Assembly (NCBI GenBank): GCA_041652475.1
Contig: JBAZHG010000001.1
Span: forward strand, 8,161-72,160
Source: Bacilli bacterium
GTDB lineage: Bacteria; Bacillota_I; Bacilli_A; RFN20; CAG-826
DNA: 64,000 nt
Reading direction: 5' to 3'
The position numbers and the translations under genes were made by a program. Numbering within the stretch: the first letter of the stretch is position 1; every line of letters begins with the position of its first letter. Under the pieces are notes generated by a model. The model ran no database searches, was not told the DNA's origin, and saw nothing but the letters and a program-made list of their open reading frames with translations. Of the stretch, positions 55,583-64,000 are shown in pieces.

Positions 55583-56128
55583 TTACTTCTTACCGGCCCG
55601 TTTGCCTTCTTTGCGAATGATGTGTTCGCCGGCATACTTGATGCCCTTGCCTTGGTAAGGTTCGGGTTCGCGGACCGCCCGGATATTGGCCGCCGTCTCG
55701 CCGACGGCTTGCCGATCGATGCCGGTCACGATCACGTGGGTGGCGTCGGTCGCCGTGATCTTGACGCCGGGGCGCGGGGTGATGACCACTTGATGGGAAT
55801 AGCCGATGTTGAGGCGCAGGCTGCCGTCGGGGTCGATGGCGGCCTTATAGCCGATTCCGACGATTTCCAACCGCTTTTCATAGCCTTGGGACACGCCGAC
55901 GATGGCGTTGTGGATCAGGGCGCGGGTGGTGCCGTGGTTTTGTTTGTAGTGCTTGCTGTCGTCGGGGCGGGCCAAGATGGCCTGGGCGGCATCCGCTTTA
56001 ATGTCGATGCCTTCCGGAATCGCAATCGTCAGCGTGCCTTTCGGCCCTTTGACTTCGACTTCGCGACCGGTTACCTTGAGGGTGACGCCCTCCGGGAAGG
56101 TTAAAGGTTTATATCCGATTCGTGACAT
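55583..56128 (-). CDS. rplF: 50S ribosomal protein L6
   Basis: 181 aa. Confidence 0.95.
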   Translation of the reverse strand: MSRIGYKPLTFPEGVTLKVTGREVEVKGPKGTLTIAIPEGIDIKADAAQAILARPDDSKHYKQNHGTTRALIHNAIVGVSQGYEKRLEIVGIGYKAAIDPDGSLRLNIGYSHQVVITPRPGVKITATDATHVIVTGIDRQAVGETAANIRAVREPEPYQGKGIKYAGEHIIRKEGKRAGKK

Positions 56129-56137
56129 AAGCGCCTC

Positions 56138-56533
56138 CTACCACACGTACGCCAGGACTTCGCCGCCGATGCCGAGCGTGCGCGCTTGGCGATCGGTCAT
56201 GAGACCTTGCGAGGTGGAGATGATGGCGACCCCGAGTCCTTTTAGGACGCGCGGGAGCTTGTCGGCGCTCGCGGTGACGCGAAGGCCGGGCTTGCTGATG
56301 CGCTTGAGGCCGTTGATGACGCGAATGTTGCCTTCGGCGTATTTAAGGGCGATGGAAAGTTGCTTCTTGGTGTCGCCAGACAGGGAAAAATCCACGATGA
56401 AACCTTCGTCTTTCAAGATTTTGGCGATGCGGACTTTCAAAGTATTGGCGGGCATAACGACAGTGGCGTTACGCATCGTATTGGCGTTGCGGATACGGGT
56501 CAGCATATCGGCAATCGGATCAGTCATGACCAT
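56138..56533 (-). CDS. rpsH: 30S ribosomal protein S8
   Basis: 131 aa. Confidence 0.95.
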   Translation of the reverse strand: MVMTDPIADMLTRIRNANTMRNATVVMPANTLKVRIAKILKDEGFIVDFSLSGDTKKQLSIALKYAEGNIRVINGLKRISKPGLRVTASADKLPRVLKGLGVAIISTSQGLMTDRQARTLGIGGEVLAYVW

Positions 56534-56543
56534 AAGTAACCTC

Positions 56544-56729
56544 CTACCAACTGGCCTTCTTCATCCCGGGAATCTCGCCTTTGTAGGCCAGTTCGCGGAG
56601 ACAAATGCGGCAGAGTTTGAATTTCGTATAGACGGAGTGGGGACGGCCACAGCGTTCGCAGCGTGTATAAGCGCGCACCGGGAATTTCTGTTTCCGGGCA
56701 CACCGGATTTTAAGTGATGTCTTTGCCAT
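56544..56729 (-). CDS. rpsZ: 30S ribosomal protein S14 type Z (zinc-binding, 61 aa)
   Basis: C-x2-C...C-x2-C ([20 protein letters not shown]). Confidence 0.95.
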   Translation of the reverse strand: MAKTSLKIRCARKQKFPVRAYTRCERCGRPHSVYTKFKLCRICLRELAYKGEIPGMKKASW

Positions 56730-56739
56730 GGTGCTCCTC

Positions 56740-57372
56740 CTATTTCTGGAACGGCATGCCGAGTTCGCTCAGCAGGGCGAACGCTTCGGCATCGCTGGAC
56801 GCGGTCGTCACGATGATGATGTCCATGCCGCGGATTTTGTTGACCCGGTCAAAGTTGATTTCCGGGAAGATGAGTTGTTCCTTGACGCCGAGGGTGAAGT
56901 TACCCCGGCCGTCGAAGGCGTTCTTGCTGACGCCGCGGAAGTCGCGGACGCGCGGCAAGGCGATCGAGACCAACTTGTCATAGAAGTGGTACATCCGTTG
57001 GCCGCGTAATGTCACCTTGCAGCCGATGGCTTGGCCTTCGCGCAGTTTGAAGTTGGCGATGGATGTCTTGGCTTTGGTGATGACCGGCTTTTGGCCGGTG
57101 ATTTCGCTGAGTTCGCGGACCGAGTCTTCGAGAAGCTTGGCGTTGGTGATTGCGTCGCCGACGCCGATGTTGATGACGATCTTGTGGAGGGCCGGCACTT
57201 GCATGACCGACTTGTAATCGAATTTCTTCATCAATGACGGGACGACGGTTTGGCGATATTTTTCTTGGAGGCGGGCCGCGATCTTCTCGACGACGGCTTT
57301 GGCGGCTTTCGCCGTTTCCTTGGGGGCGGCGCTTTTAGGAGCGGCGGCCGGTTTCTTGGTTTCTGTAGCCAT
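56740..57372 (-). CDS. rplE: 50S ribosomal protein L5 with an Ala/Lys/Pro-rich N-terminal extension of about 30 aa
   Basis: 210 aa. The extension is [26 protein letters not shown].. Confidence 0.93.
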   Translation of the reverse strand: MATETKKPAAAPKSAAPKETAKAAKAVVEKIAARLQEKYRQTVVPSLMKKFDYKSVMQVPALHKIVINIGVGDAITNAKLLEDSVRELSEITGQKPVITKAKTSIANFKLREGQAIGCKVTLRGQRMYHFYDKLVSIALPRVRDFRGVSKNAFDGRGNFTLGVKEQLIFPEINFDRVNKIRGMDIIIVTTASSDAEAFALLSELGMPFQK

Positions 57373-57381
57373 AATGCCTCC

Positions 57382-57690
57382 TTAATCCAATTGGCTTCCG
57401 CTCGCCTTGGTGACGCGGACTTTCTTGTCCTTAACGACCTTGATGGCGACGCGGGTGGCCTTTTTCGTCTTGGGATCGACCAGAGCGACGTTGCTGGCGT
57501 CGATCGGGGCGTAGATCTCGACGATGCTGCCTTCGGGATTGTTTTGCTTCGGCTTGCGGTGTTTCTTGTGGGTGTTGACGCCCTCGATGACGACGCGATT
57601 CAGTTTCGCGTAGACCTTTTGGACGGTGCCGGTCTTGCCTTTGTCGGCGCCGGCGATGACGATGACTTTGTCACCTTTTTTGATTTTCAT
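57382..57690 (-). CDS. rplX: 50S ribosomal protein L24
   Basis: 102 aa. MKIKKGDKVIVIAGADKGKTG. Confidence 0.95.
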   Translation of the reverse strand: MKIKKGDKVIVIAGADKGKTGTVQKVYAKLNRVVIEGVNTHKKHRKPKQNNPEGSIVEIYAPIDASNVALVDPKTKKATRVAIKVVKDKKVRVTKASGSQLD

Positions 57691-57700
57691 GGGTGGCCTC

Positions 57701-58075
57701 CTACAGGACCTCGGGCGCCAGTGAGATGATTTTCATCGCCCCTTCGCCCTTGTCGCGCAACTCGCGGGCCACCGGTCCGAAGACGCGGGTGCCGCGTGGG
57801 GTGCCATCGTCGTTGATGAGGACGACGGCGTTGTCGTCGAAGCTGACGGTCGATCCGTCGGCCCGAGCCACGGCTTTCTTGGTCCGGACGATAATGCCCT
57901 TGACGATTTCGCCTTTTTTGATTTTGCCATTGGGGATGGCGTCTTTGACGGCGCACAAGACGATGTCGCCGATGGTCGAATTCGAGCGGTAGGAACCGCC
58001 GTACAGCCGGAAGATGCGGACTTTCCGCGCTCCGGAGTTGTCGGCCACGACTAGATTGGTTTCTACTTGGACCAT
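57701..58075 (-). CDS. rplN: 50S ribosomal protein L14
   Basis: 124 aa. [16 protein letters not shown]. Confidence 0.97.
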   Translation of the reverse strand: MVQVETNLVVADNSGARKVRIFRLYGGSYRSNSTIGDIVLCAVKDAIPNGKIKKGEIVKGIIVRTKKAVARADGSTVSFDDNAVVLINDDGTPRGTRVFGPVARELRDKGEGAMKIISLAPEVL

Positions 58076-58076
58076 A

Positions 58077-58361
58077 TTACTCGACCTCCTTGACTTCGAC
58101 GTGTTCTTCGCCTTTGGTCAAGATCTTGATAAGGCGGTAGCGCTTGGTGGCGCTTAACGGCCGCGTTTCCATGATTTCGACGAGGTCGCCGACGTGGGCG
58201 ACGTTGTCTTCGTCATGGGTGACGAATTTCTTGGTGTAAAGTACCCGCTTGGAATATTTGGGGTGCTTGCGGTAGGTTTGCACGCGCACGACGATCGTCT
58301 TATCCGTTTTATCGGAAACGACGATGCCGGTGAAAGTCCGACGTGATGTTCTGTTTTCCAT
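58077..58361 (-). CDS. rpsQ: 30S ribosomal protein S17
   Basis: 94 aa. Confidence 0.93.
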   Translation of the reverse strand: MENRTSRRTFTGIVVSDKTDKTIVVRVQTYRKHPKYSKRVLYTKKFVTHDEDNVAHVGDLVEIMETRPLSATKRYRLIKILTKGEEHVEVKEVE

Positions 58362-58375
58362 CGTTTCGTTTCTCC

Positions 58376-58576
58376 TTATTTAATCCCGAGCTCGCGCTCG
58401 CGGATGACCGTATAAATGCGCGCGATGTCTTTTCTGATGGTGGTGATGGTGGCGCCTTTTTCGAGCTGGCCGACGGCCTGCTTGCGCCGGAGATTGAAGA
58501 GCTCTTCTTTGAGGCTGTAGGCTTTTTGTTTCAATTCGGTGACGTTCATTTCCCGAATTTCTTTGAGTTTAAGCAT
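58376..58576 (-). CDS. rpmC: 50S ribosomal protein L29
   Basis: 66 aa. Confidence 0.93.
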   Translation of the reverse strand: MLKLKEIREMNVTELKQKAYSLKEELFNLRRKQAVGQLEKGATITTIRKDIARIYTVIRERELGIK

Positions 58577-58995
58577 TATTCCGAGCTCCTTTCCTTAATG
58601 ATGACCCGCGATTTGATCGGCAGTTTGTACGAGGCGAGGCGCAGGGCTTCGCGAGCGGTCGCTTCCGGGACGCCGCCGATTTCGAACATGACGCGGTTCT
58701 GCTTTACGACGGCCACCCATAGTTCGGGGGCCCCTTTGCCGGAACCCATCCGGACTTCGGCCGGTTTCTTGGTCTTGGCTAAATGCGGATAGATGCGAAT
58801 CCAAATGTGGCCGCTGCGTTTGGTGTAGCTGGCCAGCACGATACGGGCGGCTTCGATTTGCCGGGCCGAGACCCAGTTTCCGGAGGTGGCTTGGAGGCCG
58901 AATTCCCCGAAGGATACTTCATTGCCGGCTTTCGAAAGGCCTTCGTACTTGATGCCGTGGGGACGGCGGTACTTGACGCGTTTTGGCTGTAACAT
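58576..58995 (-). CDS. rplP: 50S ribosomal protein L16
   Basis: 139 aa. Confidence 0.95.
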   Translation of the reverse strand: MLQPKRVKYRRPHGIKYEGLSKAGNEVSFGEFGLQATSGNWVSARQIEAARIVLASYTKRSGHIWIRIYPHLAKTKKPAEVRMGSGKGAPELWVAVVKQNRVMFEIGGVPEATAREALRLASYKLPIKSRVIIKERSSE

Positions 58996-59000
58996 GTGAC

Positions 59001-59675
59001 TTACTCTCCCTTACCGCGGTTTTCTTCCGTCTCCGGGCGGTAATCGCCCCGGCAGATCCACACTTTGACGCCGAGGCGTCCATAGGTGGTGTGGGCTTCG
59101 ACTTGGGCGTAATCGATGTCGCTCCGCAAGGTGTGAAGCGGGATGGTCCCGTCTTTGTAACCTTCGCTGCGGGCGATTTCGGCGCCGCCGAGACGGCCGG
59201 ACACGAGGGTGCGGACGCCTTTGGCCCCGGCTTTGCGGACCCGTTGGATCGCCCGTTTTTGAGCGATACGGAAACTAGCCCGTTCTTCGAGTTGTTTGGC
59301 GATGCTCAAGGCCACGAGTTTGGCGTTGAGATCGGGCGATTTCACTTCCAGCACGTCGATCTTGAGGTTGCCGGAATGGACAATCTTTTCAAGGTCTTTT
59401 TTGATTTGGTTGACGCGGGCCCCGTCTTGTCCGATGACGACGCCGGGGCGTCCGACGTAGATGATGACGGTGACGTTGGTTCCCTTGTCGGTCTTCACCC
59501 GTTCGATTTCGGTGTGCGACAGGAGGGCGTCTTTGAGGTTCTTGTCCAGGTAGGCCCGGATCTTGAGGTCCTCGTTCAGGAAGGTCGCATAATCGTTTTT
59601 GTCGGCGAACCAGCGCGAATTCCAATCACGGTAAATGCCGATGCGCATGCCGACCGGATTAACTTTTTGTCCCAT
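59001..59675 (-). CDS. rpsC: 30S ribosomal protein S3
   Basis: 224 aa. Confidence 0.97.
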   Translation of the reverse strand: MGQKVNPVGMRIGIYRDWNSRWFADKNDYATFLNEDLKIRAYLDKNLKDALLSHTEIERVKTDKGTNVTVIIYVGRPGVVIGQDGARVNQIKKDLEKIVHSGNLKIDVLEVKSPDLNAKLVALSIAKQLEERASFRIAQKRAIQRVRKAGAKGVRTLVSGRLGGAEIARSEGYKDGTIPLHTLRSDIDYAQVEAHTTYGRLGVKVWICRGDYRPETEENRGKGE

Positions 59676-59686
59676 GGTTATGCTCC

Positions 59687-60028
59687 TTATCTCTCTTTGA
59701 CGACGCAGGTCAGGTGCGACGTCCGTTTCAAAATGGCTGAGGCCGATCCTTTGGCGCGCGGCAGGAACCGTTTGAGGCGGGGGCCGTCGTTGGCGTAGAT
59801 TTCGGCGATGTAGAGCTTGCTTTCATCCATTTCGTGGTTGTTTTTGGCGTTGGCGGCCGCGCTCTTGATCAGTTTGACGATCGGTTCGGTCGACGACTTG
59901 TTGACGTTGGCCAGGATGCCGAGGGCTTCCTTGACCGATTTGCCGCGGACCAGGTCGATGACGAGCCGAGCTTTGCGCGGAGTCACGCGGACGGAGGTGG
60001 CCAGGGCTTGGGCTTGAGTTGCTTTCAT
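59687..60028 (-). CDS. rplV: 50S ribosomal protein L22
   Basis: 113 aa. Confidence 0.95.
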   Translation of the reverse strand: MKATQAQALATSVRVTPRKARLVIDLVRGKSVKEALGILANVNKSSTEPIVKLIKSAAANAKNNHEMDESKLYIAEIYANDGPRLKRFLPRAKGSASAILKRTSHLTCVVKER

Positions 60029-60039
60029 GGTGCTCCTTC

Positions 60040-60345
60040 CTACTTATTGGACGGCGACGACGCCGAGGCGGCTTTGTCTTCGGCCGTATGGCCGGTGTGG
60101 CCGCGATAAGTGCGGGTCGGGGCGAATTCGCCGAGCTTGTGGCCGACCATATCTTCCGTCACGTAGACGGTGATGTGCTCACGGCCGTTATAGACGGCGA
60201 AGGTGTGTTCGATGAATTGCGGGAAGATGGTCGAACGGCGGGACCAAGTCTTGATGATTTCTTTTTTGTGGTTTTGGTTCAGTTTCTCGACGCGCTTCAG
60301 TAAGTACGCGTCGCAGAAGGGACCTTTTTTTAAACTGCGAGCCAT
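60040..60345 (-). CDS. rpsS: 30S ribosomal protein S19 (with a short C-terminal extension)
   Basis: 101 aa. Confidence 0.95.
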   Translation of the reverse strand: MARSLKKGPFCDAYLLKRVEKLNQNHKKEIIKTWSRRSTIFPQFIEHTFAVYNGREHITVYVTEDMVGHKLGEFAPTRTYRGHTGHTAEDKAASASSPSNK

Positions 60346-60360
60346 ATGTTTTCCTCCCTA

Positions 60361-61194
60361 TTACTTGTCGTTGCGACGTCTCACGATGAGTTGCGTCGAA
60401 GCTAGCTTATGACGGCGCGTCTTCACGCCGAGGGCTTTCTTGCCCCATGGTGTCCGCGGAGCATCGAGCCCGACCGGGCACTTGCCCTCGCCGCCACCGT
60501 GCGGGTGGTCGACCGGGTTCATGACCGAGCCGCGGACGGTCGGCCGGACGCCATACCACCGGTTCTTGCCGGCTTTTCCGTAGTTGATCAGATTGAAGTC
60601 TTCGTTTCCGACGACGCCGATGGTGGCCCGGCAAGTTTCGAGGACTTTGCGGACTTCGCCGCTGGCGAGGCGCAAGGTGACGTATTTGCCTTCCTTGGCC
60701 AGGACTTGGGCGCTGGCGCCGGCCGCGCGGCACATTTGCCCGCCGGCGTTCGGCTTCAGTTCGATGTTGTGGATGACGGTGCCTTCAGGGATGTTCTTCA
60801 AGATCATGGCGTTGCCGTTCTTGATGTCGACGCTTTCCCCGGAGATGATCGAGTCGCCGACCTTGAGGTCTTTAGGCGCCAAGATGTAGCGCTTTTCGCC
60901 ATCGGCATAGTTGACGAGGCAGATGTTGGCGTTGCGATTGGGGTCGTATTCGACGGTGGCCACCTTGGCCGGGATCCCGTCTTTGTTGCGTTTGAAGTCG
61001 ATGATCCGATACCGCGTTTTGTGACCGCCGCCGATGTGACGGGTGGTGATCACGCCTTGGTTGTTGCGTCCACCGGTTTTCACCAGGTTGACTAACAAGC
61101 TTTTCTCAGGAGTGCGGGTGGTGATTTCTTCAAATGTCGAGTTGGTCATCGCGCGACGGCTGGGCGTCGTCGGGCGGTAGGTTCTTATTGACAT
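60361..61194 (-). CDS. rplB: 50S ribosomal protein L2
   Basis: 277 aa. Confidence 0.97.
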   Translation of the reverse strand: MSIRTYRPTTPSRRAMTNSTFEEITTRTPEKSLLVNLVKTGGRNNQGVITTRHIGGGHKTRYRIIDFKRNKDGIPAKVATVEYDPNRNANICLVNYADGEKRYILAPKDLKVGDSIISGESVDIKNGNAMILKNIPEGTVIHNIELKPNAGGQMCRAAGASAQVLAKEGKYVTLRLASGEVRKVLETCRATIGVVGNEDFNLINYGKAGKNRWYGVRPTVRGSVMNPVDHPHGGGEGKCPVGLDAPRTPWGKKALGVKTRRHKLASTQLIVRRRNDK

Positions 61195-61229
61195 GTTGCT
61201 TCTCCTATATTTGAGCCGTTATCGAGGGC

Positions 61230-61580
61230 TTACTCTTTGAACAAGTCCAAGGCTTGGCCTTCTTTGAGCGTCACGATGGCTTTCTTGTAGCCGGGGACGC
61301 GGCCTTGGAACCGTCCGCCTCGCCGCGTGGAATGGGGCAAGACGTTGGAAATGTGGACTTTGGCGACCTTGACCTTGTAGATGGCCTCGAAGGCCTTCTT
61401 GATTTCGGTCCGGTTGCTGCTCGGATTGACTTTGACCGTCACTTGGTTGTGGTTTTGGATCAAGGCCATGGTTTTTTCGGTGATCACCGGTTGGCCGATG
61501 GCGTTGAAAATCTGGGTGTCGGTGCTCGTCACCGTTGGGGTGACTGGCTCCGGCGTGGTTGTTTTCTTTGCGCGTGCCAT
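61230..61580 (-). CDS. rplW: 50S ribosomal protein L23 (N-terminal Thr/Pro-rich extension of about 20 aa)
   Basis: 116 aa. Confidence 0.9.
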   Translation of the reverse strand: MARAKKTTTPEPVTPTVTSTDTQIFNAIGQPVITEKTMALIQNHNQVTVKVNPSSNRTEIKKAFEAIYKVKVAKVHISNVLPHSTRRGGRFQGRVPGYKKAIVTLKEGQALDLFKE

Positions 61581-62227
61581 TATTGAAGCACCTCCTCGAG
61601 ATAAGCGATGACCGGCTTCGAGACGATGACGGTGTCGCTATTGAGCAAATCATAGACACTGACGTTGGCTTGGTCGACGAGGATCAACTTTTCGAGATTG
61701 CGCACGCTGGCGTAAGTGGTCAATTCGAGTTCGGGTACGACTGCGAGGACTTTGCCTTCCGCTTTGAGGGCGGCCAGGGCGGCGACCGCCGTCTTGGTCT
61801 TGAAGGCCTCGAACTTGAATTCGTCGACGACGATCAATTTCTTGCCGGACACTTTAAGCGACAGGGCTGAGCGAAGCGCCAAGCGATGTTCGGATTTGTT
61901 TTGGGACAACTTGAAGGTTTGGATCCCGGTGGGACCGAAGACTTTGCCGCCGCCGACCCAGATGGGCGATCGGCTGCTGCCGGCCCGGGCGCGCCCGGTG
62001 CCTTTTTGCCGCCAAGGCTTTTTGCCGCCGCCGCTGACCTCGTCCCGTTTCTTGGTTTTGGCCGTGGCTTGCCGCAAATTGGCTTGGTAGACTTGGACCG
62101 CGTCGAACATGGCCGGTTCATGGGGTTCGACCCCGAAGACGGATGGGTTCAACTTCACGGTGCCGGTTTTTTCCCCGGCGAGGTTCAGCACATCAACTGC
62201 CAGTGCTTTGGCTTTCTTTTCTGCCAT
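61580..62227 (-). CDS. rplD: 50S ribosomal protein L4
   Basis: 215 aa. Confidence 0.95.
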   Translation of the reverse strand: MAEKKAKALAVDVLNLAGEKTGTVKLNPSVFGVEPHEPAMFDAVQVYQANLRQATAKTKKRDEVSGGGKKPWRQKGTGRARAGSSRSPIWVGGGKVFGPTGIQTFKLSQNKSEHRLALRSALSLKVSGKKLIVVDEFKFEAFKTKTAVAALAALKAEGKVLAVVPELELTTYASVRNLEKLILVDQANVSVYDLLNSDTVIVSKPVIAYLEEVLQ

Positions 62228-62239
62228 TGATGGTTCCTC

Positions 62240-62947
62240 CTATTCGGCCGTTTCGGCTTTCGGCTCGTCTTTGACGACCGCGTGGAGCGGCTTCACTTCG
62301 AAGGCGTGGCCGAGTTGTTGTTTGATGGCGCTTCTGATGGTCAGCAAACCCAACTTGGGACCGGGCACGCCGCCGCGAACGACTAAGGCGTTCTTGCCGA
62401 GGTCGGTGCTCAAGACGACGAGATTCAGGATCGTGGCTTGTTGGTGGCCGTGATGGCCGGCCATTTTCTTGCCGGGATGGATCCGGTTGTTGGTCCGTCC
62501 GACCGTGGCCATGGAACCGGCGCCCCGGTGCGGATAGCCGCCGCCGTGGCCTTTGGCCCCGATTTTGTAGTGCCACCGTTTGATGGCGCCGCTGAAGCCT
62601 TTGCCCTTGCTGACGCCGATGACGTCAACGACGTCACCCGGCTGGAAGATCGAGACGTCGATCTTGTCGCCGACTTTATATTGGGTCACGTCGACGACCG
62701 GAATTTCGAATAAGTTTTGCTTGGGAGTGGTGCCGGCCTTGGCAAAGATGCCTTTTTCCGGTTGGTTGGCGCGGCTCTCCTTCAGTTCTTCGTAGCCTAC
62801 TTGGACGGCGTCATAACCGTCGGTGGCCACGGTTTTGATTTGGGTAATGACGTTGGGCAGGACTTCAATCACGGTCACCGAATGGGCTTTGCCATCGTTG
62901 GTGAACAGCTGGGTCATGCCGATTTTGCGTCCGACAATCGCTTTCAT
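62240..62947 (-). CDS. rplC: 50S ribosomal protein L3 (C-terminal extension)
   Basis: 235 aa. Confidence 0.95.
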   Translation of the reverse strand: MKAIVGRKIGMTQLFTNDGKAHSVTVIEVLPNVITQIKTVATDGYDAVQVGYEELKESRANQPEKGIFAKAGTTPKQNLFEIPVVDVTQYKVGDKIDVSIFQPGDVVDVIGVSKGKGFSGAIKRWHYKIGAKGHGGGYPHRGAGSMATVGRTNNRIHPGKKMAGHHGHQQATILNLVVLSTDLGKNALVVRGGVPGPKLGLLTIRSAIKQQLGHAFEVKPLHAVVKDEPKAETAE

Positions 62948-62960
62948 GAATCAGGCCTCC

Positions 62961-63275
62961 TTATAACTTGATGTCGATGTCGACGCCATTGGGCAGATCC
63001 AATTGGCGCAGCGCATCGACCGTCTGTTTGTTGTGGTCGGTAATGTCGATCAGACGCTTGTGGGTGCGGATTTCGAATTGCTCCCGGGCATCCTTGTACT
63101 TGTGGACCGCGCGCAAGAGTGTGTAGACTTGCTTTTCGGTCGGTAGCGGGATCGGACCGACGACGGTCGCTCCCGTGCGCAAGACGGCGGCGATGATCTT
63201 CTCGATGCTGTGATCGAGAATCTTGTGATCGTAAGCTTGGAGTCGTACGCGGATCTTCTGTTTCTTAGCCATGAA
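62961..63275 (-). CDS. rpsJ: 30S ribosomal protein S10
   Basis: The start is placed at [11 protein letters not shown], with an AGGAGG SD 9 nt upstream. The 139-aa ORF-track product is an unstopped upstream extension. Confidence 0.95.
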   Translation of the reverse strand, partial: FMAKKQKIRVRLQAYDHKILDHSIEKIIAAVLRTGATVVGPIPLPTEKQVYTLLRAVHKYKDAREQFEIRTHKRLIDITDHNKQTVDALRQLDLPNGVDIDIKL

Positions 63276-63400
63276 TTTTTTCCTCCTATGAATATCAGGC
63301 CATACCGGTGCTCGATGCGAATTCCCTGACTGCCGATTCATGACAACGCCTGTCGGTGTGTCAGCAACCTCGCACTTCAATGCGGCCGATAACCTTCAAA

Positions 63401-63429
63401 AATATACTAGACAAGGTCGGTCAAGTCAA
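63401..63429 (-). promoter_or_regulatory. S10-operon promoter (TTGACT-17-TATATT) with an approximately 125-nt leader
   Basis: The minus strand reads TTGACTtgaccgaccttgtctagTATATT. Confidence 0.55.
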
Positions 63430-63470
63430 GGTTTTTATATATAAAGGACTGATTATTTACGAGTACAAAT

Positions 63471-64000
63471 TTAAACGTCGGGGCGGTCGTCGCCCGCCAT
63501 CATGGCCGCATAACTGTAGCGGCAACCGCAATACGCCTGCCGGTAAAGACAATATTTAAGGCACATTTTCCCGGCTTCCAGGAACCCATCTTCCTTTTTG
63601 AAATCGGAATGGAAATAGGAAACCGACGGGTATCGGGCTTGAATCTCGCGGCCAATCGAATTGATGATTTGGGAATCTTTGTGAGGCGAGATCGTCATCA
63701 CCGTGGTGAAAAACTCGTAACCGTGCCGGGCGGCATAGGCCATCGATTCCTCCATGCGAATCCGATAACAGATTCGGCAGCGGGCCCCGCCTTCGGGTTC
63801 GTTTTTGTAGGGTTCGAGGTGCTGATTGAATTGTTCCGGTTCATACGGCGTCTTCACGACCTCGACCCGAGCCCCGCAATCAGCGTTGAACCGCGTGATG
63901 AACTCAAGTAAAACCCGATAGCGACGTTCATATTCGGATTGAGGATAAATGTTCGAATTGTGATAAATCACGGTGAGGTCGAAATACTGATGAAGCCATT
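63471..64000 (-). CDS. queH: Epoxyqueuosine reductase QueH (DUF208). The 5' partial gene runs off the window end.
   Basis: C-terminal YRQAYCGCRYS and upstream FYNPNI-like (..YHNSNIYPQSEYERRYR..) motifs. The same frame stays open from 63971 to the window edge (..WLHQYFDLTVIYHNS..), so the ORF-track start at 63971 is only an internal GTG. Confidence 0.75.
   Translation of the reverse strand, partial: WLHQYFDLTVIYHNSNIYPQSEYERRYRVLLEFITRFNADCGARVEVVKTPYEPEQFNQHLEPYKNEPEGGARCRICYRIRMEESMAYAARHGYEFFTTVMTISPHKDSQIINSIGREIQARYPSVSYFHSDFKKEDGFLEAGKMCLKYCLYRQAYCGCRYSYAAMMAGDDRPDV

Noticed and set aside
63276-63380. Upstream extension of the rpsJ ORF (139 aa in the ORF track)
   Set aside because: The S10 protein begins at MAKKQKIRV, with a perfect AGGAGG SD. 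The upstream part is untranslated leader that happens to lack stop codons.

Overview
This 64 kb window comes from a GC-rich bacterial chromosome (about 55-60% GC by eye, not computed) with a Firmicutes/Mollicutes-like gene order. Nearly every gene is on the minus strand. Most of the window is the core transcription and translation region. Read along the minus strand it runs queH(partial), the S10-spc-alpha ribosomal operons (rpsJ to rplQ, including secY, adk, map, infA, rpmJ, rpsM, rpsK and rpoA), a photolyase and HAD phosphatase, cysS, mgtC, rlmB, a sigH-like sigma, rpmG, secE and nusG. An inverted ktrBA pair on the plus strand follows. Then come rplK-rplA-rplJ-rplL, a ybxB-like methyltransferase, rpoB and rpoC, a three-gene insertion (membrane transporter plus two tandem M6-like metalloprotease lipoproteins), rpsL-rpsG-fusA-tuf and an RDD-family membrane protein. 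Next is an apparent mycoplasma-style nucleotide-scavenging locus: a sugar-type ABC transporter, an SNase-domain lipoprotein and a second lipoprotein. The window ends with tRNA-Lys, a frameshifted pyruvate:ferredoxin oxidoreductase (nifJ), an AT-rich islet (small membrane protein) next to a plus-strand tRNA-Pro, an ECF sigma with a beta-propeller anti-sigma, uvrA and a partial lgt. No CRISPR array, IS element, integrase or rRNA was seen. The most notable observations are the protease/transporter insertion inside the rpoBC-str block, a recurring leaderless promoter architecture that includes an identical 16-mer upstream of two unrelated genes, and two frameshifts at short homopolymers (rpmJ and nifJ). 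The lipoprotein-rich, mycoplasma-like nucleotide-scavenging locus is also notable. All coordinates were derived by manual reading and may be off by a few nucleotides at feature boundaries.
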